Assembly (NCBI GenBank): GCA_951406725.2
Contig: OX597817.1
Coordinates: 157,480,001 to 157,544,000 of the forward strand
Direction: 5' to 3'
Length of the DNA: 64,000 bases
DNA from: Octopus vulgaris
Taxonomy: Eukaryota
Shown: one piece after another, positions 36,535-50,128 of the stretch
Layout of the letters: each line of letters begins with the position of its first letter
How positions within the stretch are numbered: position 1 is the stretch's first letter
The notes under the pieces: generated by a model
Databases searched by the model: none
Seen by the model: the letters and a program-made list of their open reading frames with translations, nothing else
What the model was told of the DNA's origin: nothing
Translations under genes and position numbers: made by a program

Positions 36535-37089
36535 TTGGGTTGTTCGGAAAGTCTGTGCCGATTTTTAAAGGAAAGAAAAGTTCAATAAATACTTGCCATT
36601 ACATTTTTAATCAACCAAATATGAACCATTTTGTTGCACAATGCGTCTCCATCTTATCCTTTGACTTGAAAATACCCTCTTCCCGGAATTGAGGTGGTTT
36701 CATGGCAAAGAATTCATCAAGGTATCTTTTTATGTCATCCAAAGAATTGGAATTTTTACCATTAAGACTATTCTGTAGAGCCCTGAATAAGTGGAAATCC
36801 GAAGGAGTAATATCTGGTGAATATGGAGGGTGGGGTAACACATCCTAGCCGAGCTGCAGCAACTTTTGTCTGGTTCCCAAAGCATCAAGTGCCAAAAATG
36901 AACTTTCTTATCTTCAATTTTAAAGGGTTACAGAATTAACACAGGTTATAGGAACATAAACCTTCTTCCACGAAAAGATAGCTTAAACTGTGCTCTAAAT
37001 AGAAGTGTAGTCAAATCTTATTTCATGGACTCAACCATGTTCTAAAATAAGTTGAAAGGTGAAAGGCACAAACTTTCCGGACAACCCAA
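36535..37089 (-). mobile_element. Internally deleted mariner (C-terminal-retaining), inserted in an older SINE-like repeat
   Basis: TIRs and TA TSD; LPHPPYSPDITPSDFHLFRALQNSL is the mariner YSPDLAP motif. Confidence 0.93.
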
Positions 37090-38056
37090 TATTTCCTTGT
37101 GGCCAGACATGTTTTTATGGAAGACTGGAAATGAACTACATCACTTGTATGACAGTGATGCTCGATTACAAACATTGTGTGATATCAGAACAATGGTAAG
37201 CACACACACACACACACACAGAGAAACACACACACAGAAACACACACGTGTACACATGACAAGCTTCCTTTAGTTTCCATCTACCAAATCCACTGACAAG
37301 GTTTTGGTAGGGCTTGGAGTTGTAGTAGAAGACACTTGCCTAAGGTGTTGTGCAGGGGGAATGAACCCCAAACCATGTGATTGGAAGGAAAACCTCTCAC
37401 CCACACAGTCACGCCTGTGCCTTTTCAATGGATTATAAAACACTGGTGGGGTACCAACCTGATGTGCTCAAGAATTTGTAGGATAAATATAATTAATGGG
37501 GAACATCATTCTGCTTATAAAGGTAATTAAAACCAAAGGAAATAGACAACTAATTATTCAGTAATTACTAATTAATTCAAAATTTAACCTAAACACTCCT
37601 GAAAACATTTTATCTAAATATGTTTAGTATCACTTTAGTAAGTAAACAATATATATGAGTCAAGAAGGGGGTCACTATGTAGTCAGATGAAAAACAAGCA
37701 ATAGCAGTAAAATTGATCTCACTTGATCATCTTAAAAAAGGAAGTATGACATTGAAAATGAAAAAAAGGGATGACTATAAATGGAACAAAGGTTTGTTTG
37801 ACCAGAGCTAGACAAGAGCGACAAGCAATGTATAAGATTCAAGAATAACAATTTCAGAACAGCCTTGCTCTCCAGTCTGTTGTTTATATGTATTCTCTTT
37901 CACTCTTTTCTTGTTTCAGTCATTTGACTGCGGCCATGCTGGAGTGCCGCCTTTAGTCGAGCAAATCGACCCCAGGACTTATTCTTTGTAAGCCTAGTAC
38001 TTATTCTATCGGTCTCTTTTGCCGAACTGCTAAGTTATGGGGACGTAAACACACCA

Positions 38057-38324
38057 CAAAGAATTCATCAAGGTATCTTTTTATGTCATCCAAAGAATTG
38101 GAATTTTTACCATTAAGACTATTCTGTAGAGCCCTGAATAAGTGGAAATCCGAAGGAGCAATATCTGGTGAATATGGAGGGTGGGGTAACACATCCTAGC
38201 TGAGCTGCAGCAATTTTTGTCTGGTTCCCAAAGCATCAAGTGCCAAAAATGAACTTTCTTTTCTTCCATTTTAAAGGGTTACAGAATTAACACAGGTTAT
38301 AGGAACATAAACCTTCTTCCACGA
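38057..38324 (-). mobile_element. TIR-less 268-bp mariner fragment inside a SINE-A tail
   Basis: Corresponds to 36706-36973 and is flanked by SINE-A sequence on both sides. Confidence 0.85.
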
Positions 38325-38781
38325 TATTGGGGGGACAAACACAGACACACACATACATCTAACTTTGCCTGTGTCTCTCTCTTTCGATTACCAATCGCCT
38401 TGCCAAGACTTCCTACTTCCTTCACCACCACCACCACCAACACCACCACTCTATATAAACTAGCACACGCATGCACACTGACTCCCTTACTCGATTCTTA
38501 ACACCTCCACCAAAAGAATACGTGTCCAGGAGATGCTCTCTATCTCGTCCAAGCTGCTAGTTGGCGATATGCCCGCACTCAAACCCCCTCCACCTGCACT
38601 GGAAGTTCCTATCCTCTGTCATCCTTTGGTTGTCTCCCATGAACACTTCTAAAGGCTTACGCCATCCCCACCCCTACTATATAAGGTAGTAATCACATAG
38701 TGCAAAAATATGATAGTGTAGTGTATGCAGGTTGAACCAGTGGCTATTATTTGTTTATGAATTTTGCCAAATGCAAGCTCT

Positions 38782-39180
38782 CCAGGTTACAAGTTCAGGT
38801 TTATACCTGTAATTATCGGAGCCCTGGGATATGTAACACACTGCCTTAATACCAATCTTGAGAAATTAGGCTTCTCAAAACCAGAAAGGGGAAAGCTAAT
38901 TTAAGGACTACAGATCCAGTCCATCACTGGAACAGTATAAATCTGTAAAACTTTCCAGAAGTTTATCATTTAAATATATATGAGCATGTCTAGATATGCA
39001 ACTATATGGATGAGAATACATACATAAAACATACAAACCTGCACACAATACATACATACATACATACATACATACATACATACCCTGTTGTTGATGTTGA
39101 AATTCCATTGAAGGAGTCTTGGATCTAGGTCAGAAACCAGTTCTTTCTCTATTGGCAATAAATCTTGAAATAAACTGAAT
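38782..39180 (+). mobile_element. 3' end of an RLE-type (R4/Dong-like) non-LTR retrotransposon
   Basis: PGYKFRFIPVIIGALGYVTHCLNTNLEKLG..LQIQSITGTV*ICKTF. The PVIIGALG motif follows the restriction-like endonuclease; a putative 3' UTR with AATAAA follows. Confidence 0.7.
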
Positions 39181-40739
39181 ACTGACATACATACATATGA
39201 CAGGCTATGCAATCTATTAAAAAGTTTGTCACCACTGTTCCTATTGTCTTTGGCATGGTTTCATGATTTCTATGGTTTGATGCCCTTCCTAATGCCAACC
39301 AATTTACAGGGTGTACTGGGTGTTTTTTTGTTTTTTTTTCTTGAGCCACTGGCACAAGTGAGGTTGCCATGTAACTTGCAAGTCAGAAAAGAAGAAAGGA
39401 AAAGGAAAAGGAAAAAGCTCCCTACTTAAGTATTCGGGAAGGGGAGGTGGAGGTGGGGTGGCTGAATGCCAGGTGTTGAAAGGCTGTGGATGGGGGTGGG
39501 GGAAGATAGAGCAGTTGCCAAGACTCTTGCCATAGCACTATGTAGAGAGAGATGTATATAAAAGTCTTTAAGAAGTTGTAAGGAAGTTGTCAGTTATGTT
39601 TAGTTGTGGTGGGGTGGACTAATGTAAATACTATCGCAAAACATAGCTGCTATGTATAAACAATGCTCATGTTTAAAAAAAAAAATAGACAGCGGAAGAG
39701 GTTTGAGGAGAGACTGATAACATAATACTGAGATATTTTAAAACTGAAAAATAATGCAATTAAAAATTCTTATCTTGCTTCTACCACATTGTATTCCAAT
39801 AACTTTAATATGTTGAGTTTACTTTAATAACTTTAATATGTTCAGATACGTGGCTTTTCAACAACTCCCAATTTGAGCTCAAATATTTTTGCCTGTCAGA
39901 TTTATTTATGTGTGGGCTGTGAATAATATAGAGTTTGTATGTGTGAATATGTGTGCAATTGTGTGCCATATTAAATGTTCATTTTGTGGAGGCGCAATGG
40001 CCCAGTGGTTAGGGCAACGGACTCACGGTCATAAGATCGTGGTTTTGATTCCCAGACCGGGCGTTGTGAGTGTTTATTGAGCGAAAACACCTAAAACTCC
40101 ACAAGGCTCCGGCAGGGATGGTGGTGATCCCTGCTGTACTCTTTCACCACAACTTTTTCTCATTCTTTCTTCCTGTTTCTGTTGTACCTGTATTTCAAAG
40201 GGCCGGCCTTGTCACTCTCTGTGTCACGCTGAATATCCCCGAGAACTACGTTAAGGGTACACGTGTCTGTGGAGTGCTCAGCCACTTACACGTTAATTTC
40301 ACGAGCAGGCTGTTCCGTTGGTCGGATCAACCGGAACCCTCATCGTCGTAACCGACAGAGTGCTTCCATATATGTTCATTTTGTGGTTGTGGGTTTAAAG
40401 GAATTTTTAAAATAGCAACTAAACATTGAGTGATGGAAGTGGACGCAATACTAAAAGTTAAGTCAAAATTTATTATAAAATTAGTTTCATATGGGACTTC
40501 AAGTTTCATCTGATGGTTTATTCAACCATCCTGGTTAAGTAAACTTGAAGTCCTACTCAAAATTAATTATCTTATGATACATAGATCTCAAGATTTAAAA
40601 CATGACAAACAAAAGATGTTTTTAAAGAACAAATACACATACATACATACATGCATGCATGCATGCATGCATACATACATACATACATACATACATACAT
40701 ACATACATACATACATACATACATACATACATACATACA

Positions 40740-40772
<33 letters not shown>

Positions 40773-41366
40773 GCTTCTTTCAGTTTCCGTCTACCAAATC
40801 CCCTCACAAGGTGCCACGCAGTGGGACTGAACCTGGTAGTCTACAGCGAGAAATTTTCTCCATAACAAAATTCAGAGAATGGCTTTCTTATGGGCTCAAA
40901 TATGCCTGAAGCATATTTGAAGTGATGTTCGTTTACAACTGTTGTGTGATATCAGGACAAGGGTGAGCACATACATACACACTGAAGCACACACACAGAC
41001 ACAGACAGGCAGACATGCACACACATACACACCAACACACCAACACATACACATACATACACACACACACTCACACACACACCACTGTATTGATCAGACT
41101 ATCAGATACACTGCTGGTCACGATGTGATTCCTTGCCTTGTTGTAGCTTTCAAATGATTCTACTCTCCTGGCTAGGTGGGCAGGCCTATGGCATATAAGT
41201 GGCTAAGATTATGACTTGTCATCCTAAACAGGACACCAGTACCATTGCAGAATAACTATTTTACGGCTGAGTGGACCGTAGCAAAGTTAAATGAATTGCT
41301 TTGCTTAAGAACATAATGCACCATCTAAGCTGGGAATTGAAACTGCAATCTTGTGATTGTGAGTGC

Positions 41367-41409
<43 letters not shown>

Positions 41410-41411
<2 letters not shown>

Positions 41412-41740
41412 AGCACTCCATCGGTTGCGACAACAAGGGTCCCAGCTGATACGATCTATGTTAACAGCCTGTTCGTGAAATTAACGTACAAGTGGCTGAG
41501 CACTCCACAAACACGTGTACCCTTAACACATAGTTCTCGGGGAGATTCAGCATGACACAGAGTGGGACAAGGCTCGCCCTTTGAAATACAGGTACAACTC
41601 ATTTTTGCCAGCTGAGTGGACTGGAGCAATGTGAAAATAAAGTGTCTTGCTCAAGGACACAACATGCCACCAGGAATTGAACTCATGATCTTACGATCAT
41701 GAGCCGAATGCCCCTAACCACTAAGCTATGTGCCTTCACA
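41410..41740 (-). mobile_element. SINE family G inserted in (TA)n
   Basis: CORE head shared with families E/F, joined at gttgtacctgtatttcaaaggg to the family-D tail. Confidence 0.88.
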
Positions 41741-42251
41741 ATATATATATATAATTTTTTAATTAATTTAATTTTAATTTTAATTTTAAAAAAATTTTTT
41801 TAATTTTACTTGTTTCAGTCATTTGACTGTGGCCATGCTGGAGCACCGCCTTTAGTCGAGCAAATTGACCCTGGAACATATTCTTTGTAAGCTCAGTACT
41901 TATTCTATCGGTCTCTTTTGCCAAACCGCTAAGCTACGGGGACGTAAACACACCAGCATCGGTTGTCAAGCAATGCTAGGGGGGCAAACACAGACACACA
42001 AACACACACACACACACATATATATATATACATATATACGACAGGCTTCTTTCAGTTTCCGTCTACCAAATCCACTCACAGGGCATTGGTTGGCCTGAGG
42101 CTATAGCAGAAGACACTTGCCCAAAGTGCCACGCAGTGTGACTGAACCCGGAACCATGTGGTTGGTAAACAAGCTACTTACCACACATATTTTTTTTTTT
42201 ATTTTAAACTATCAAAAAGTATTAAAAGTTTAATATAAGATAAAGAGTAAA

Positions 42252-42353
42252 AACACTACGATCGTTTCATGCCCGTAACCAATTCGAATAACAATAATAA
42301 TAATTTAAATACAATTAATAATTTGAATTATGGTTACAGTCAATCTTCAGGTT
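42252..42353 (-). ncRNA. Type I hammerhead motif with long stem II, partly degenerate
   Basis: CUGAAGA; stem II UGACUGUAACC..GGUUACGGGCA with an AU-rich extension; GAAA-CGAUCG-UA (palindromic stem III, GUA triplet). Stem I is weak. Confidence 0.6.
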
Positions 42354-42731
42354 AATTGTAATATTTTAATAAATAATCAGAAATATTTAAACAATATTTT
42401 TTAAGAAATAAATAATATAATAAATTTTCTTATAAAAAACTCTATTATCAAACTAGAAACTTAACGATTATGATTATGTCAAAACAACGATTATAATGTT
42501 AAATATTAATTTTAATTTTTAAGTATTAATTTTTAAGGTAAGAAACCCACCAATAATCTAATATCAGTAATAGTCAATATCTAATTACATAAATATTTTA
42601 CAAAAAAATGACTATTCATATTATTAAAATATAAAATTTAAATAATATATAAATTATCAAGGAAAATATATAAATGTACATAAATATTATAATTAAGATC
42701 TAAAATAATCTCTATAAATAAATATAATCCC

Positions 42732-42983
42732 TATAAATTAGAGAAGAACCACCATGAAGCAATTGAACAATGATATACTTAAATCATACCATATAGAAAA
42801 AAAATAAAAATACGATAAAACATTTACCTAGAACTAAATAAAGTACAAAATAATAAATAAATAGTATATATATAAAATATATACTAGGTAAATGTTTTAT
42901 CATGTTTTTAATTTTTTTCTATATGGTAGGATTTAATTATATCATTGTTGAATTGCTACATGGTGGTTCTTCTCTAATTTATA
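42732..42983. repeat. Inverted repeat with 100-bp arms and a 52-bp spacer
   Basis: 42732-42831 pairs with 42884-42983 with several mismatches. Confidence 0.88.
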
Positions 42984-43115
42984 TACATATATTATTTATT
43001 GTGAAATTTGATTTAGTATTACTAAATTGAATTTTTCCCTGTAAGTTTGGAATCATATTCCCCAATATTATTATTATTATTATTATATATATATATATGT
43101 AAATATATATATATG

Positions 43116-43168
<53 letters not shown>

Positions 43169-45227
43169 ATATATATATCTATATATCTCTCTCTATATAT
43201 ATATACACACATTCACACAGTCACACACACACAGTCACACACACACACACACACAGAGTCACACACACATACATATTGCTTTGAAAGAAAATAAGATTAA
43301 TTAGGAATTCTCTCACAAGGTTGTTAAGGTTTGCACTTAGAAGTGCTCAAGAGTAACTTGAGGCAAAAGATAAAAATATGTAATATGAGGAAATGTAAAA
43401 CCTGGTAATTTAATTCACAAACATGACTCTGATTTCAGATGGATTTAAAGAACAAGTGTACCTGATAGATGAAAAATACTTAAATACATAGACATTTAAA
43501 AAAAAAAATCTGTAAGTAAACAAATATATTAGAAATATATATAACTCTTTACTCTTTTACTTGTTTCAGTCATTTGACTGTGGCCATGCTGGAGCACCAG
43601 GACTTATTCGTTGTAAGTCTAGTACTTATTCTATCGGTCTCTTTTGCTGAAACGCTAAGTTACGGAGAAGTAAACATACCAGCGTCGGTTGTCAAGCGAT
43701 GTTGGGGGCGACAAACACAGACACATAAACATATACACACACATGCACATATATATACATATATACGACGGGCTTCTTTCAGTTTCCATCTACCAAATCC
43801 ACTCACAAGGCTTTGATCGGCCCGAGGCTATAGTAGAAGACATTTGCCCAAGGTGCCATGCAGTGGGACTGAACCCGGAACCATGTGGTTGGTAAGCAAG
43901 CTACTTACCACACAGTCACCCCTATACCTATAAGATAATGAATTTTTAAAAAATCTCCAGATGCAGACAAATTTACATTTAAAGCATTCATGTATTTGTA
44001 AAAATGTTGAGGAAAATCTGAAGTGGTGCAGAAAGCAAAATAAAATATACAAGGAGGAGAGAAGTTAAAATGCAGGATAGCTAAAATTAATTAAATTAGG
44101 GTACCAACAGCTGTTTCTAGAGGTTAGTTGCTGGTAAAAAGAAAGGGATGTAACACCCATTATTTAGCAATTCCTCATTCTTCAGAGTAACAGGTTGTAC
44201 ATGTTAACATATATATCATCCTCATCATCAGCATCATCATCATCATCTTCATCATCATCATCACTATTTAATGTCCATGTTCCATGCTGGCATAAGTTGA
44301 ATAGTTTGATAGAATCAGATGGGCCTAAGGACTGCATCTTGCTCCAATGCCTGCTTTGGTTTGGCTTCTATGGCTGAATGCCCATCTCAATGCCATATAG
44401 ATAGTACAGTCTTTTTTACCCCCTAATCTGTTTCACGTTGCTCCAGTTCATTCAGCTGTAGAAATGAGTTGCGACATCACTGGTGCCAAGCTGTATTGGC
44501 CCCTTTGCCTTTCCCTTGGATAACATCAGTGGCTTGAAGAGTGGAGACTGGTATGCATGGGCAACTGCTGGCCTTCCATAAACAACCTTGCCTGGACTTG
44601 AGCCTCAGAGGGTAACTTTCTAGATGCAATTCCATGGTCATTCATGACCAAAGGGGGTCTCCATATATATACCAAAATGCTATATATCAAAATTAAAAGA
44701 CTTCTCAAGACAATTGTGATGGTGGAGGGGGTGAGTTCTCTCAAGTAAATCCAGCAAATTTTCAACAACAACAATAACAACAACAGCAACAGCAACACCA
44801 ACAATAACAACAACAGACATCTAAAGGAGCAACAGAATACAAATGTAATTTGTTAGGTTCCTTAACAAGTCAGGATTGGGAAGGACCAGTGCCCTAGGCC
44901 TTCACAGGCCCTCCAAAACACAATACTCAGATTGAATATTTTACCTTATCTTGTATTTTATTACATTTCCCCTTTGCACAACAAACACACACAAAACATT
45001 ATTATACATACACACACATACATCACAAGGCACATTGCTATGTGGCCACTCGATCTTCTAGAAATAGTAGCCAAATCCTTCATAAATTACACCCTATTGT
45101 TTTAAAAGAGGACATATTAGGTAACATGTCCTTGCGCTTATTGTATCAATAATTATGAAAGAGACAAGATGGTCATGCTTGAATGCCTTTGATTGCTACA
45201 CACTCACTACATATGCATCACAATGAA

Positions 45228-45882
45228 TACCTATTTCTTTACTACCTACAAGGGGCTAAACACAGAGGGGACAAACAAGGACAGACAAACGGATTAAGTC
45301 AATTATATCGACCCCAGTGTGTAACTGGTACTTATTTAAACTACCCCGATAGGATGAAAGGCAAAGTTGACCTCGGCAGAATTTGAACTCAGAACGTAAA
45401 GACAGATGAAATACCTATTTCTTTACTACACACAAGGGGTTAAACACAGAGGGGACAAACAAGGACAAACGGATTAAGTCGATTACATCAACCCCAGTGC
45501 ATAACTGGTACTTAATTTATCGACCCCGAAAGGATGAAAGGCAAAGTTGACCTCGGTGGAATTTGAACTCAGAATGTAAAGACAAACGAAATACCTATTT
45601 CTTTATTACCCACAAGGGGCTAAACATAGAGGGGACAAACATGGACAGACATAGGTATTAAGTCAATTATATTGACCCCAGTGCTTAACTGGTACTTAAT
45701 TTATCGACCCCGAAAGGATGAAAGGCAAAGTTGACCTCGGTGGAATTTGAACTCAGAATGTAAAGACAGATGAAATACCGCTAAGCATTTCGCCTGGCGT
45801 GCTAATGATTCTGCCAGCTCGCCACCTTATACCGCTAAGCATTTCACCCAGCATGCTAACGTTTCTGCCAGCTTGCTGCCTT
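45228..45882 (-). mobile_element. SINE family B trimer with a duplicated head
   Basis: tacctatttc recurs at 45228, 45412 and 45592; head at 45776-45828 and an extra head piece at 45829-45882. Confidence 0.9.
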
Positions 45883-45885
45883 AAG

Positions 45886-45980
45886 AAAATATGGAACGCT
45901 TCATGAATTTGTGTGTCATCCTTGCACAGGGGCCATGTTAATCTTCTATGTATCATTCCAATTTTAGATTATGTACTGCT
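45886..45980 (-). pseudogene. U6: U6 snRNA pseudogene, 5'-truncated
   Basis: gcagtacataatctaaaattggaatgatacatagaagattaacatggcccctgtgcaaggatgacacacaaattcatgaagcgttccatatttt aligns to U6 from about nt 12 to the 3' end, with CpG-type decay and a mutated ACAGAGA box (ACATAGA). Confidence 0.93.
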
Positions 45981-47296
45981 CATATAAATATATACATATC
46001 ACATCATACACATAACATACACACAACACACACAAATACTCATAAAAAATACAGTTTTTTCATAAATACATCATACCATAGGCATGCCACAAGTACATGT
46101 GTTCAGCAAAACCTTGGTTTCTGTTTAATTTTTGTTTTGTTTTTGTAACCAGAAGAATTTTTATGAAGAATTCCAAAAGTATTTCTATAACCCATATATA
46201 ATTTGAAATTCACTGGTAATCTAAGACAAACATTTCATTATTAAAAGAAGTGGATTGAAGATAAAATAACAAATTAAAACTAAAAACCTTCGGGTGTGTC
46301 TAGAAGACATTTTAAACAGTTGTACTAAAATTTTGATGATTCAGCCACAGACTTTTTTTTTTTTTTTACTTTATTCTTTATTGCATTTTTTAAAATCTCA
46401 AACACTAAAGCAAATTTAGTAGAAATTTCCTGTTTGTTTGTACACTAAATTATGTTTACTATTTGGAAGCTTTCTCAGAGAATCTGAAAAGTTTTCTTAA
46501 TGGAAAATTAAGATGTTTAGATGGTTGCTAGTTTCTGTTTTGAAGCCAAAGTTGTTGCTTCCAAGTAATTTAGTGAGCAGGCCGGTGGCACATAAAAAGC
46601 ACCAACCGATCGTGGCCATTTCCAACCTCGCCTGGTACCGTGCCGGTGGTACGTAAAAAGCACCCACAACACTCATGGAGTGGTTGGCGTTCGGAAGGGC
46701 ATCCAGCTGTAGAAATACTGCCAGATCAGACTGGGTCTGGTGCAGCCTCCTGGCTACCCAGACCCCAGTCGAACAGTCCAACCCATGCTAGCATGGAAAG
46801 CGGACGTTAAGCGGCGATGATGATGATGATGATGATGATGATAGTTTAATAATGAAGAATTGGTATAAAAGGAGGATATGCTACTTCTTCCTGAGAGAAG
46901 GAGTAATGTAGTGCTTTGATGTCTGCTAGCTACTTTACATGTGTTTTGGGGTAAGATCTTTAAATTTGTTATTTCATTTATGTTTTTATTTTTTACTTCC
47001 ATTTACTTCTTAATGATAATAAAAATTAAAAAAATACAAAGAATAAAATAACTAATTGGAAAATCTTAAACATATGACGAGGCTGAGTCAGTTAGGTTGC
47101 TAATTAAATATATATTTCTTATGTGTATGTGATGGCAGAATTAGGGGAGCCCTTTGAGCAAACAAGTCAGACAAGGTAGAAGGGAGTTTCTATGTGGGTA
47201 CTTGGCCTGCTAGAAATAACAACCAAATCTCTCTCAAATTGTGCACTACTATTTTTTTTTTAAAAAAAAGGTATGTTACTTTGGAAAATAAGTCTA

Positions 47297-47510
47297 GGAC
47301 ATTTACCCTTCATGGACAATAACCCCCCCCCCCCACAAGGACAATTGCCCCTGAGGACAACAGATGATGATTTAAAACTTCTTAATATATTGGAGAGGGG
47401 GTAATTAACCAAGGGGGTTAATTGTCCTAGGGGGTAGTTGTCATCGGGGAGAATTATCCTATTGGGATGGGGGGGGGTGTAATTGTCCTCGGTGGGTAAT
47501 TGTCCTGATA
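47297..47510. mobile_element. Small MITE-like element with reiterated ggacaattgcccc / ggggtaattgtcct subterminal motifs
   Basis: Direct reiterations on each side, in inverted orientation to each other; superfamily not assignable. Confidence 0.55.
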
Positions 47511-47583
47511 CATGGATAATATAGTCCTAGATATGCTATGACTGAATGAACAACAAGACTCCTACAGCAGCAGGTGGCGATCA

Positions 47584-48135
47584 ATGAAAAACAAAGAGAG
47601 AAGAGCCTTCATGGTGCAGCCACGACCATTTAAAGGCCAGTGTTTCAGGTGTCTAGGTCTGCACATGGTGAAGGACTGCAGGGAGCCAAAGCCCAAACCA
47701 ATTTTCCACCAGCGCAAATGGGCAGGACATATCATCAACAACAGCAGGAATGCGAAAGGTTTATGGTGAAAGAGGAGAAAAGCCCAATCGCATCAAGGAA
47801 CAACAGTTGACTCGCCAAGAACAAGTCACGCTTAGCAGATTACAAAGCGACCACCATCCAGATTTGAGAAGCTGGCAGCACAAGATTGGAAGAATTGAGG
47901 AATCTATTTGCCGCTATTGCAAAATGGGTGAAGAAATGGGAGAACACATGATGTTGGAGTGCCCAGCTATCCATCCGTCGATCCGCGGTCAGCTGACGGA
48001 CTCCGAGGCGATTGCAAAGGAGCCCAGACTGGCACTCAAGGTGTGGGAGAGATGGCTGAGGATGGCAGAAAAGCAGGTGGTGATTGAGGAGCAGCACTAA
48101 CCAACTATCCAGCCGGTAGTTGCTAAACATCAACA
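47584..48135 (+). mobile_element. Retroelement remnant: gag-like zinc knuckle joined to a LINE ORF2 C-terminal CCHC finger
   Basis: CFRCLGLHMVKDC at 47584-47769, then TRQEQVTLSRLQSDHH..WQHKIG..CRYCKMGEEMGEHMMLECP at 47750-48100 (I/Ingi-like terminus). Confidence 0.7.
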
Positions 48136-48454
48136 GCAGCCAGGGAAGTGAAGTTACTGCTTCTCTAACTTCTTCTGCAAGCAAGTAGAAGCACTCATAC
48201 ACTTACTGCTTATATGTGGAGGTCCATGTTAAAAGCCCATGTGGACAACAACCTTAGTGGCCCCAAATGTGGCTAAAATGTGGAACACTGCAACAGCAGC
48301 CAGGGAAATAATCAACTTCTAACTTCTTCTGCAAGCAAGTAGAAGCACTAGTACACTTACTTCTTATATGTGGAGGTCCCTGTTAAAAGCCCATGTGGAC
48401 ACAGTCTGTACATCAACCTTAGTGGCCCCAAAGGTGGCTAGAATGTGGAACACT
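48131..48454. repeat. Tandem duplication of about 160 bp
   Basis: caacagcagccaggga..tgtggaacact occurs at 48131 and 48291. Confidence 0.9.
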
Positions 48455-48896
48455 ATTTTATAGGGGAATGACTTTAATCTTAGAAGAACCAAAACAATAT
48501 CAATGATCTGGATTGACCTGGTTTGTTGTTTCTGTTATTTTTACTGACATAGCATCCACAACAGGCACTATAATAGCAGTAACAATAACACTAACAATAG
48601 ACCAAAGAGGAAGTGTCTATGTAGTCATCAACCTGATAGGAAGAGCTCTGTACTTATGCCTTGGTATCACATGATGAATGTAAATGAGCATCATCATCAT
48701 CATCATACTAGCAGTGTTATTCATTTCCAGTAAGCTGTCAAAAATATCATGTCTGGCCATTGGGAAATATTTACCTTGCATGGAAACAGGTGAAAGGGTT
48801 GGTGACAGAAAGGGCATCCTGGTGTAGAAAAATCACGTCAACAAACACCATCTGACCCATGCAAGGATGGAAAAGTGGATATTAAAGCAACAATGA

Positions 48897-48928
<32 letters not shown>

Positions 48929-49805
48929 ATGACGACGATGGCCATGTCTCTTTTTCTATATAAATCCATAGCCTTCTCATTTTACGATATGTCGATTGGA
49001 GCTGAGTCGTGTACTTGTTATCGAAACAATTTACTAAAAGAGCAACTTTACTAGAGGGGGAAAAAGATTCATTTTGGTTAGTTAATCATCAATAAGAAAG
49101 TAAAATCTACACACACTGGTTCGGTTGTTTCTAAACTACCAGTGGCTCTTATGAAGAAAGCAATCAATCAAGCAAATAATGGGGCATAAACTGAGGCACT
49201 TAATTTATTGATGGTTGAATATATTGGATGAGATGCACTAACAACTATTAATACCAAAGACATATGATACCATAAAATACTATTACTGCTATCCATTTCT
49301 TTTTCCAATCTATACCATTTACTTATCTATACGTGGAAAGTTTGATCTCAGTACTACAGGCTATTAACCAATTCATCAATGTTTAGAGAATCACCCATTC
49401 CTTTCACCTTCTCATCGTTACAGAGTTATTTTCTCACTTGCTCTTTGCATGCTCCGTCGTCAAGTAAACAAAGTATCAGAAGTTAAACTGTCTTATTCAG
49501 TGCAACCGACAAGCTGTCAACTTTTTATTCACTCAACCAAACACTACAACACCACATCTTTTACTCTTTTACTTGTTTCAGTCATTTGACTGTGGCCATG
49601 CTGGAGCACCACCTTTAGTCGAGCAAATCGACCCCAGGACCTATTCTTTGTAAGCCTAGTACTTATTCTATCAGGTCTCTTTTACCGAACCGCTAAGCTA
49701 CGGGGACGTAAACACACCAGCATTGGTTGTCAAGCAATGTTGTGGGGGGGGGGGGACAAACACAGACACACAAACATATACACACACATACATACATATA
49801 TATAT

Positions 49806-50128
49806 ATGGCTCAGTGGTTAGAGCGTCGAGCTTACGATCGTGAGGTTGTGAGCTCGAATCCCGGACCGGGCTGGGTGTTGTGTTCTTGAGCAAGGCACTT
49901 TATTTCACGTTGCTCCAGTTCACTCAGCTGTAGAAATGAGTTGCGACGTCACTGGTGCCAAGCTGTATCGACCTTTGTCTTTCCCTTGGATAACACTGGT
50001 GGCGTGGAGAGGGGAGGCTGGTATGCATGGGCAACTGCTGGTCTTCCATAAACAACCTTGCCCGGACTTGTGTCTAGGAGGGTAACATTCTAGGTGCAAT
50101 CCCATGGTCATTCATGACCGAAGGGGGT

